From: an uncultured Gemmatimonadales bacterium
Lineage (GTDB): Bacteria; Gemmatimonadota; Gemmatimonadetes; Gemmatimonadales; GWC2-71-9
NCBI GenBank assembly: GCA_963795085.1
Contig: CAWCFX010000001.1
Coordinates: forward strand, 608,001-672,000
Direction: 5' to 3'
Length of the DNA: 64,000 nt
Each line of letters begins with the position of its first letter. The stretch's first letter is position 1. Below are positions 55,708 to 64,000 of the stretch, piece by piece. The position numbers and the translations under genes are program-made. The notes below the pieces were generated by a model. The model was given only the letters and a program-made list of their open reading frames with translations. It did not search any database and had not been told where the DNA came from.

Positions 55708-58550
55708 GTGAGTAGACTCCCGATGGGGCCCCGAGCCCCCATGACCGCCTACCTCTGGGCTTTTTTCGCCGTCGCCGGGATGGGCGGTCTGCGTTGGCTG
55801 CTCACTCCGGTCGTACAGCTGGAATTCCCGTTCGTTACCCTGTTCTTCGCCGTCTTCCTGGGCGCCTGGCTGGGCGGGTTCTGGCCGGCCTTCATGGCCA
55901 CGGTGCTGAGCATGGTGGTGGCGGCCTATCTCTTCGTGCCGCCGGTGGGCGAACTGGGTGCCTTCCATACCCCCGACGCCTTCGGTTTCGGCATTTTCCT
56001 GGTGAGCGGCCTGGCCGTGGGCTGGATGGGGCATTCCCGGCTCCGCGGCCTGCAGGAATCTCGTCTGGCCGCCCGGCGGGCGGAGGAGGAACGGATTCGC
56101 GCGGAAGAGTCTGCCGCGATGGCGGAGGAGGAGGCCGCCCGGGCCGAGGAGGAGTTTACCCGTGCGGAAGAGGAGACGATCCGGGCCCAGGAAGCGGCGG
56201 CCCACGCCGACCGGCAGACGGAACGGATGCAGCGCATCCTCGCCAGCATCTCCGATTCCTTTTCGGTGATCGACCGCCAGTGGACCATCGCCTATGCCAA
56301 CGAGCAGGCTGCGGCGATCGTGGGGATGCGGGTCGAGGACCTGGTGGGCAAGAACCTGTGGCAGCTTTTTCCTGAATCCATCGGGAGCCCGTTCGACCAT
56401 GCCTATCGCCGGGCGCTGGAGACCAATACGGTGATTCGGATGGAGAGCTTCTATCCTCCCCTGGACAAGTGGCTGCGGATTGCCATCTACCCCGGCCCCG
56501 AGGGCCTGACGGTGCTGGGCCAGGACGTGACCGAGCAGCACCGCCTCGAGGCGGCGCTCCGGGAAAGCGCGGACGAGCTGGAAGCCTCGAACGAAGAGCT
56601 CAAGGCCGCCCTCGACGACCTGGCCGACCGGAGCGCCGCCGCCGAGGAAAGCCAGCGCCGGGTCGCCTCCATCCTCGAGAGCATCGGCGACGGGTTCTAC
56701 GCGCTGGATCGCGACTGGCGGTTCGTGTACGTGAACGACCGGGCCGTCGAGGTCATCGGCCGCCCTCGGGAATCGATCATCGGCCAGAACATCTGGCAGA
56801 TGTTTCCGGAGCTCGAGGGGTCGATGTTCCAGGTGGAGTTCGGGCGGGCCCTTCGGGAGCGGCGGATGGTGACCCTGGAAGAGCGGTCATTGGTGACCGG
56901 GGCCTGGATGTCGGTCCGTGCGTACCCCACCGAGGAAGGGTTGTCGGTGTTCTTCCAGGATGTGTCCGCCAAGCACCAGGCCGCCGAGGCGCTAAAGGCC
57001 AGTGAGGAACGCCTCCGGCTGGCCATGGACGTGGGCAGGTTCGGCATCTGGGACTGGGATATTCCCGGGAACCGGGTCACCTGGTCTCCCCGGCTCTATG
57101 AGTTCCATGGACTGGCCGAGCACGAGTTCGGCGGCCGGGTCGAGGATTTCCAGCGGCTGGTGCACCCGGACGACGCCGGCCCGGGTCGGGCAGGCCATCC
57201 AGACGCGCGCTGGCTGACGGAGTCGACTACCAGGCGGAGTTCCGGGCGGTGCGTCCCGACGGGACCATCCGCTGGTTGTTGACCAATGGCCGGGTGGTGC
57301 AGGATGGCGAGGGGAAGCCGGGGCGCATGCTGGGGGCCACCCAGGACGTGACCCAGCGGCGCGAAGGCGAAGAACGACTCCGCCAGATGCAGCGTATCGA
57401 GGCTGCGGGGAGGATCGCCGGCGGCGTCGCGCATGAAGTCAACAACCAGATGACGGTCGTCCTCGGACTGGCCGATTTCATGCTCCGCTCGCCCGACCTG
57501 ACTCCCGAACTGCGGGCCGATACTCTGCAGATCAAGCGGGCGGGCGACCGTTCCGCGCTGATCACCTCGCAGCTGCTGGCGTTCAGCCGCCGTCAGGTGC
57601 TCTGGCCAGCGCTGGTGGACCTGAACCAGGTCATCGCCGATTTCGAGCGGGTCCTGCGCAAGACGGCGGGGGAAACCACCACCCTCGTCCTCCGCCTGGC
57701 CCACCAGCTCCCCCGGGTGCTGGCCGACCGGGCCCAGATGGAGCAGGTACTGCTCAACCTGACGCTCAACGCCGTGGACGCGATGCGGCACCGCCCCGGC
57801 ACCATCACCATCGAAACCTCGGTCCAGGACTTCGACCCCCGGTACGCCTCGGCCAAGGCCGAGGTGGCCGTGGCCCTGGGCTCCTACGTGATGGTATCAC
57901 TGACGGATACCGGCGAAGGGATGACGCCCGAGGTGCTGGGCCACATGTTCGAGCCGTTTTTCACCACCAAGCCGCTCGGGCAGGGCAGCGGGCTCGGGCT
58001 CTCGTCCGTTTACGGCATCGTGAAACAGAGCAAGGGCTACATCTGGGCCTACAGCGAGCCGGGACGGGGAACCACCTTCAGGCTGTACTTGCCGGTCCCG
58101 GTGGCCGGGGCCCCGGCCGAGCCGCCGGACCGGGAGCTGGCGCCCGCCGCGGGCGGCTCCGAGACCATCCTGGTGGTGGAGGACGAGCCCGACCTGCGCC
58201 TGCTTTTCGTGCGGATCCTGCGCGAACTGGGCTACCACCCGGTGGAGGCGGCCACCGGCCAGGCGGCGGTGGCCATTCTGCGGGCCGGGGAGCCGCCGGT
58301 TCATCTCGTGCTGACCGATATCGCGATGCCGGAAATGAACGGACGGGAACTGGGAAGCCTCGTCGCGCAGGAGTTTCCCCATATTCCCGTCCTGTACATG
58401 TCGGGCTACACCGATGCGGACATCGTGGCCCGCGGACTCCTGGAGCGGGATGTGCCATTTATCCAGAAGCCCTTCATGCCCGACGTGATCGCCCAGCACC
58501 TCCGTCAGGTTCTCGACTCCTCTCCCGGCGCCGGGACTCCCCGGCCCTAG
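55708..58550 (+). CDS. DUF4118-multi-PAS hybrid histidine kinase, broken by frameshifts near 57177 and 57206
   Basis: TM domain, 3 PAS, H-box AHEVNNQM, G boxes and receiver; PAS3 reads PDDAARVGQAIQTALADGVDYQAEFR after removing two bases. Confidence 0.85.
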
Positions 58551-59026
58551 CTCCCGCTGGGTCCAGTCAGGTTGCCGCACGCGACAATCGTCCCCAGTTC
58601 GGTGGGCGACGCGTGCACGTTGATCATGTACTCGCCGGTGCGGGGCATCGCCATGCCGATCGTGGCGACGCCGCGGGCCCGGCCATCGGTGCCGACTGTG
58701 AGAGGGGCATAACTGGACGCCTCCCCGACTACGCCCTGGTCGTTCCCGCAGGTGCCCCGGTGCAGGTGCCAGGGATGCCGGCCCTCGGGCGCGGCGCCGG
58801 CGAGTGAGACTTCGACCCGGGTCTGGGTGCTGTCCGCATTGCCCATGACGGTCCCGGTTCCCGACACCAGGGTGCCCGGCGCGCCGGGGGGCGACGTCAG
58901 CGTGGCGCTCCAGCGGGCTCCGAGAAATCCGACCGGGGCGGCATCGGTGGTGGAAGAACTGCTGTATCCTCCGCCGCACCCGGCGACGAGGAGGGATACG
59001 AGGGCGAGGCTGGCGCGTGCGTACAT
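58547..59026 (-). CDS. CHRD/Cu-Zn SOD-like lipoprotein
   Basis: AGC lipobox; HPWHLHRGTC, INVH and IVACGNL. Confidence 0.65.
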   Translation of the reverse strand: MYARASLALVSLLVAGCGGGYSSSSTTDAAPVGFLGARWSATLTSPPGAPGTLVSGTGTVMGNADSTQTRVEVSLAGAAPEGRHPWHLHRGTCGNDQGVVGEASSYAPLTVGTDGRARGVATIGMAMPRTGEYMINVHASPTELGTIVACGNLTGPSGS

Positions 59027-59052
59027 GGCAGAATCTCCTGGTTCAGAAAGGT

Positions 59053-59505
59053 TCACGGAGACCGTTGCTTGGGGATCACCGAGATCCCTCCACTGGCCTC
59101 CAGGATTGCGAATTCGATCTCGTCGAGCCCGGCCAGGCCATGCACCGACCTGGCGGCGTGCATGAGGTCGGCCATGTCCACCCGTTCTTTCTTCATGACT
59201 TCCTCGAGCGGCCGTCCCTGCGAGTAGATCAGCACCGGCTGCCCTTCGGCCAGCCGGTCCAATCGCGGGAACCGCTGTTTGAGCACCGAGAACAGGATGT
59301 CGAGCCCGACCAGGGTGAGGACCAGCAGGAGGGCATTGGTGAGCGAATTGTCATCGTTGACGAGCCCCTGCTGGATGGATTCGCTGATAATCAGCAGGAG
59401 CACAAAGTCGAAGGTGGTCACGTCGGACAGGGACCGCTTGCCGGCCAGCCGAAAGATCACGAGCAGGGCGGTATAGACCACGACCGCCCGGGCGACGCTC
59501 CACAT
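59053..59505 (-). CDS. DUF421 (YetF) family membrane protein
   Basis: GKRSLSDVTTFDFVLLLIISE and AILEASGGISVI. Confidence 0.9.
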   Translation of the reverse strand: MWSVARAVVVYTALLVIFRLAGKRSLSDVTTFDFVLLLIISESIQQGLVNDDNSLTNALLLVLTLVGLDILFSVLKQRFPRLDRLAEGQPVLIYSQGRPLEEVMKKERVDMADLMHAARSVHGLAGLDEIEFAILEASGGISVIPKQRSP

Positions 59506-59513
59506 GACACGGC

Positions 59514-60017
59514 TCAGGGATAGACGATCTGGGCAAACTCCAGGGCGGGGCCGTCCCCGACCGTCAGATAGCCGGTGTGCCGGCCGGCGGCATGGGGCTC
59601 CAGTTCCAGCACGACCGGCGTGGCCGCCCCCGCCGTGGCGGCGAATTCCAGCAGCAGGCGGCCCTCGACGCTCCGGGAGCGAAGTGGCGCGGGGAGAATG
59701 TCCCGGATCTGCATGGCGGCGAGATATTCCCAGTCGAGCGCGACCTGGATTTGGCCGTTGACCGCTGCTTCCGGGCCGATGACCAGGCGAAGATCGGTGG
59801 CGACGCCGTGGCGGACCAACCGGTCAAAATCGAGGTGCGCCGCACCAGCGGTTCGCGCCGCGTGGGCTATCGGACCGCCCCCGAGGCCCCCCAGCATCCC
59901 CGCCAGGAGCACCCCGGCAATGACCAGCCATCCGGCGCGCTCGATTTTCCATTCCCGGCGCTGGGCGACCATGACCTCGGGCTGTTGCAGTTCAAGCGGC
60001 GTCAGGGGGTAGGACAT
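59514..60017 (-). CDS. Hypothetical membrane protein co-oriented with DUF421
   Basis: QRREWKIERAGW plus TM segment; ends QIVYP. Confidence 0.7.
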   Translation of the reverse strand: MSYPLTPLELQQPEVMVAQRREWKIERAGWLVIAGVLLAGMLGGLGGGPIAHAARTAGAAHLDFDRLVRHGVATDLRLVIGPEAAVNGQIQVALDWEYLAAMQIRDILPAPLRSRSVEGRLLLEFAATAGAATPVVLELEPHAAGRHTGYLTVGDGPALEFAQIVYP

Positions 60018-60101
60018 GCGGTCGCTCCGGCTCGGCGTGACAGAAAACCCGATACATGATCGGGCATCCCGGGCCCCCGGTCTGTGCGGTGGAACACATG
60101 C

Positions 60102-60998
60102 CTAGTTCGCCCTGGCGGGCCGGGCCTCGCCCCAGTCGTCTTCGAAGGTCTGCTCCAGCTGGGCGATGATGGCCCGGTCCCTGACGATGACTCCGATTTC
60201 GCGCCGGCGCTCCAACTCGGTGCGGCGAAGGCTCTGGCTGCCCACGAACGCCCGGGTGCCGTCCCGGACGATCGCCCGGACGTGCAACCGTTCCCCCGCG
60301 TAGGGCGCGACCTGGACGTTGCGAAGCTTGCGCTCGGTCCGCCCGAGAACCCGGACGTCGACCCCGGCCAGGGCGCGCTTCTCGATGGCGCGGAGCATCA
60401 TCTTGTCAGTCAGCCGGTCGTCGTAGATGAGCAGCCGGGAATCGGCGCCCTCGATCAGGCGGAGCAGCACCGAGCGGGAATTGAGGGGGCTGACCACGAA
60501 GTCCTCCCGCCCCGGCGTGTACAGCTTGCGGTCGAAATCGCAGTCGAAGAGCCGCTGGCCTTCCGCCACCAGTCCCGGGTCGCACACGGCCAGCCCCAGG
60601 CTGCGGCTTCGGTCCACGTCCTTCCGGGTGAAGTTGTACCCCAGCACGTACATGGTGGCCCGGTCCACGATCATCATCTTGCCGTGGTAACGGAGGAGGT
60701 CTTCGTCGGTCCGGGAGACCGTGGCGCCGATGCCCAGCAGCCGCAGCTCCAGCTTGCGCAGCTTCTCATCGCCCCCGGTGCTGGTATGGGCGATCAGGGT
60801 GCGGACCACCACGCCGCGGGCGACCGCTTCTCCCAGGGCCTCCTCGACCTCCGCATAGGCCAACCGGAAGATGTACAGGTCGAGGGTCTTCCGGGCCCCG
60901 GCGATGGCCTCCAGCACCGGTTCCACGCTGTCTTCCGGCTGGACCAGGAGCCGCAGGGCCTTGCGGCCCCGCTTGCCGTTCGACTTCAGGGACTTCAT
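60102..60998 (-). CDS. Phospholipase D-like domain protein
   Basis: HGKMMIVD and a degenerate HVRAIVRD..GSQS second motif. Confidence 0.8.
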   Translation of the reverse strand: MKSLKSNGKRGRKALRLLVQPEDSVEPVLEAIAGARKTLDLYIFRLAYAEVEEALGEAVARGVVVRTLIAHTSTGGDEKLRKLELRLLGIGATVSRTDEDLLRYHGKMMIVDRATMYVLGYNFTRKDVDRSRSLGLAVCDPGLVAEGQRLFDCDFDRKLYTPGREDFVVSPLNSRSVLLRLIEGADSRLLIYDDRLTDKMMLRAIEKRALAGVDVRVLGRTERKLRNVQVAPYAGERLHVRAIVRDGTRAFVGSQSLRRTELERRREIGVIVRDRAIIAQLEQTFEDDWGEARPARAN

Positions 60999-61099
60999 CG
61001 GGGTGACGGGCGGCGGGGAGTCGGTGGGCAGGCAACCATGGACCTACTCTACACCCGGCAGGGGGCCGGGGCCGTGATCCCAGTCCCCCTGCCGAAGGG

Positions 61100-63061
61100 C
61101 TACGCCGAAGTGGAGTCGGTCTGGGCGAGCAGGGCGTCCCGGAAGAACCCCGGCGGGATGGTGCCCATCCGCATGAAGCGCTCGTGGAACCGGCGCGCGC
61201 CCCCGGCCGGGTCGCGGGATTCGACGTCCCGCCGGAGTTGCTGGATCAGGTTCTTGCCCAGGTTGTAGGTGACTGCCTGGGTCGGCCACTTGCTGTAGCG
61301 GTAAATGGCCCGGAGGGCACCGTCACAGACCGCCCGGGCCTCGAGGTCCTCGAGGCCGGCCTGACAGGCGCCGGGATGGAACTGGACGTGCTCGGTGTAG
61401 TAATCCATGGCCTCGGCGAAGCCCATCCGGCCGGTGTGCAGCCCTACGTCAATCCGGACCCGGGCGGCGCGCAGCAACTGGCCCTGCACTTCATAGATCC
61501 GTTCAGCGGCCGAGTAGAACCCGTGGGGTCGCCCCGCTACGGGCTCCGCCATCAACTCCTCGCAATAGAGGCCCCAGCCTTCCGTCGTCATCGAGTCCTG
61601 CCACATGGAGCTGGAATCCTCCACCGCCCCCGGGGTCAGCCACCGGATGTTGGAGATCTCCCCGGCATGCTGGGTCATGTACTTGAAGTGCCAGTCGTGG
61701 CCGGGGAAGCCTTCGTGCACCGCGGTGTCGGCGACCGAGGCCCGGTTGTTGAGCTTGAGCGCCGCCGGGTCGTTGTCCGTCGGGGTGAGGTAGAACCGGC
61801 CGACGCCGGCCTTCTTGAACGGCGGGGCGGGGTAGTACACCGCGTCGATGGTGCTGCGGAGCACGGGAGGGGTGGGCATCACGTCAAGGCGGTAGTCGGC
61901 GGGAATGTCGAACATCCGGTGCTCCCGCCCATAGGCGACCGCCCGCTCCCCGGCGCTTCGGTACCAGCGGAACAGTTCATCGTCGTTGGCCGGCGAGTCC
62001 TGGGAAAGAAAGGCCATGACGGCGCGCACCGACCTCCGCCGATCCTGGTCGGAGCCGAACGGCAACGCCAGCTGGGCTTCCCGCGAGACTTCTTCCGCCA
62101 CCTCGAACATCCGGGCCTCGTACATCGCCACCTGTTCGGCGCCGTAGTCAAACAACTCCCCCGGCGTCCGCTGGACCTGGAGACAGTTCGCCAGCCGCCA
62201 GGCGTATTCTTCCTCGCCCGCGGCAAACCGGTCGGCCCGGTCGGCGGGGTCGTAAGTCTCGTGGAAGAAGGCGGCCAGTCCGTGATACGCCGTGGCGGCG
62301 GCCGCAGCGGCGGCGGCGAGATCGCCCAGGGTCGCGGCGGCAAAGGGCCGTGACCCGAGGTACGTGCGGGCCTGGGCAGGCAGGGTGTCGCGGAAGTATC
62401 CGGCATTCGATTCGCTGCCCGAGATGCCGTCCCGCTGGATCATGCGCCGGTCCGGCAGGTTTCCGTTGCTCTTTCCCGCCAGCAGGTTGGTCCGGGCGGT
62501 GTCCACGTACGCGGGAATGGCCCGGAGCCGGCGGATGACCAGTTGCCATTCCTCCAGGCTGCCCAGCGCACCGCCGTCGAAGGGCTGCATCTGCTGGATT
62601 TGCCAGTCGATCCCCCGGAACGGTTCGGCCACATAGGTATCCACTGCCCGTTCTTGGTGACGACGGGCATCCTGGTGCAGGAGAAATCCGACCTGCGCCG
62701 CGAGCACGCCGTGGTCGATCCGGGCCTGGGGGCTCAGCGCCGTCGTGTCGATGGTGGCCAGTTCCCGCTGCACATCCTGGTGGAACCTCGTTTCCAGCCC
62801 CAGGGTTGCCGGGGTCCAGTCGCGCAGGCGCCCGTTGACCTCCGCGAGAGACGGGTGATAGCCATCGCCGCCCAGATAGGTCGAGGTGACCGGGTTGTAC
62901 TCCAGCTCCTTGAGGAAGTACCGGTCCCGGAGCGAGGTCAGGGCGGGGTCGGCCTGGTGCACGGCCGGGGTTTCCTTGGGGGCGCAGGCCCCGAGGTGGC
63001 GGAGCACGCCGAACGCGGCGGCGGTCTGGGCGGAGCGATACAGAAAGCTGCGGCGGCGCAT
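61100..63061 (-). CDS. DUF885 family protein with Tat signal
   Basis: RRSFL Tat motif; HEGFPGH, EGWGLYCE, RAARVRIDVGLH and PTQAVTY. Confidence 0.9.
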   Translation of the reverse strand: MRRRSFLYRSAQTAAAFGVLRHLGACAPKETPAVHQADPALTSLRDRYFLKELEYNPVTSTYLGGDGYHPSLAEVNGRLRDWTPATLGLETRFHQDVQRELATIDTTALSPQARIDHGVLAAQVGFLLHQDARRHQERAVDTYVAEPFRGIDWQIQQMQPFDGGALGSLEEWQLVIRRLRAIPAYVDTARTNLLAGKSNGNLPDRRMIQRDGISGSESNAGYFRDTLPAQARTYLGSRPFAAATLGDLAAAAAAAATAYHGLAAFFHETYDPADRADRFAAGEEEYAWRLANCLQVQRTPGELFDYGAEQVAMYEARMFEVAEEVSREAQLALPFGSDQDRRRSVRAVMAFLSQDSPANDDELFRWYRSAGERAVAYGREHRMFDIPADYRLDVMPTPPVLRSTIDAVYYPAPPFKKAGVGRFYLTPTDNDPAALKLNNRASVADTAVHEGFPGHDWHFKYMTQHAGEISNIRWLTPGAVEDSSSMWQDSMTTEGWGLYCEELMAEPVAGRPHGFYSAAERIYEVQGQLLRAARVRIDVGLHTGRMGFAEAMDYYTEHVQFHPGACQAGLEDLEARAVCDGALRAIYRYSKWPTQAVTYNLGKNLIQQLRRDVESRDPAGGARRFHERFMRMGTIPPGFFRDALLAQTDSTSA

Positions 63062-63161
63062 GGGACGCTCGGCGGATGCGGGAACCTTGAAGCTAGGGGA
63101 GACCGGGGGCGCCGGCAAACCCGATTATATTGTCACGGTCCATACCACGGAATTCGGTACC

Positions 63162-63551
63162 ATGAAGCTCGGATGGATGCTCGCGCTGCTGGCCGCTGTC
63201 CCGCCGGGAACCCTCTCTGCCCAGTCGCCGGGAGATTCGCTGCCTCCGGGGGTGACGGCGGAGATGGTTGCCCGGGGCAAGAAGGTTTTCACCGGGGCCG
63301 GTGTCTGTTTCGCCTGCCACGGCACCGACGGCGAGGGGGTCAGTGCCCCGTCACTGACCGACAGTGTGTGGATTCACAGCCGCGGCGAGTATGCCCGGAT
63401 CGTAGAAAATATCCGGACCGGGTTTGACGCAAAGGCTTCCCAAACCGGTGTGGTGATGCCGCCCCGGGGCGGCTCAGCCATCAACGATGAAGACTTGCAT
63501 GCGGTGGCCGCCTATGTATGGAGCCTGAGCCGCCGCCCTCCCAGCCCCTGA
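63162..63551 (+). CDS. c-type cytochrome
   Basis: Signal peptide, CFACH and MPPRGG. Confidence 0.9.
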   Translation: MKLGWMLALLAAVPPGTLSAQSPGDSLPPGVTAEMVARGKKVFTGAGVCFACHGTDGEGVSAPSLTDSVWIHSRGEYARIVENIRTGFDAKASQTGVVMPPRGGSAINDEDLHAVAAYVWSLSRRPPSP

Positions 63552-64000
63552 TTGGCCACTCCGCTCGAACTCTCCCACGATGAAATGGTCCGGCTGGGCA
63601 CCCGGGTCACCGAGGTGGTGGCCCGCCACCTCGCGAGCCTCCGCGAACAGCGGGTCTTCACGACGCTGACCCGGGTCGAGGCGGAACGGCTGGTCGGCGA
63701 AACGGCTCCGGAGCAGGGCACCGGTTTCGAGCAACTGGTGACCCAGCTGGAGGAACGTGTCCTTGCCTACTCGGCCCGGGAGCCGCATCCCGGGTTCATG
63801 GCCTACGTTCCCAGTTGCCCCACCTTTCCCGCCATCATGGGCGACTGGCTCGCCGCCGGGTTCAACTGCTTTGCGGGAGTCTGGTCGGTGGCGGCCGGCC
63901 CCAACGCGCTGGAACTGACGGTCCTCGACTGGTTCCGCACCTGGCTGGGAATGCCGCTGGGAACCTCGGGGTTGCTCACCTCCGGCGGCTCGGCGGCCAC
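63552..64000 (+). CDS. Group II PLP-dependent (aromatic-L-amino-acid-like) decarboxylase, N-terminal part; runs off the window
   Basis: Own translation from TTG 63552: HPGFMAYVPS, ALELTVLDW and GLLTSGGSAA. Confidence 0.85.
   Translation, partial: MATPLELSHDEMVRLGTRVTEVVARHLASLREQRVFTTLTRVEAERLVGETAPEQGTGFEQLVTQLEERVLAYSAREPHPGFMAYVPSCPTFPAIMGDWLAAGFNCFAGVWSVAAGPNALELTVLDWFRTWLGMPLGTSGLLTSGGSAA

Overview
High-GC bacterial chromosomal window. Gemmatimonadota-like, inferred only from gene families (beta-propeller lipoprotein, Ig-repeat adhesins, DUF885, PEP-CTERM). Core genes include uvsE, EamA, two hybrid histidine kinases, gdhA, gnd-zwf-pgl, ArsR-rhodanese-TauE, an L,D-transpeptidase, mscL, a dipeptidase, SURF1, two Ig-repeat surface proteins, PLD, DUF885, cytochrome c and a PLP decarboxylase, plus 7 tRNAs. 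An ~11-kb accessory region starts at tRNA-Lys(CTT). It opens with a ~3-kb decayed island bounded by a 45-bp tRNA 3'-end repeat (integrase remnant, PEP-CTERM and HEPN-like pseudogenes), followed by an HsdR_N pseudogene. Next comes an integron-type array of ~11 cassettes with a homogeneous ~98-bp attC family and no integron integrase in the window. The array is built as two tandem modules of [TolB-gene 3' end, promoter, attI-like site, cassettes, half attC], closed by a third TolB-end copy. Other highlights: a probable AhpD-like selenoprotein (CxxU, in-frame TGA plus SECIS-like hairpin) divergent from an ECF sigma/anti-sigma/Met-rich membrane protein operon, a candidate structured leader RNA upstream of an ankyrin gene, and many intergenic inverted or tandem repeats. 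All calls are by-eye motif recognition; no database searches were run.
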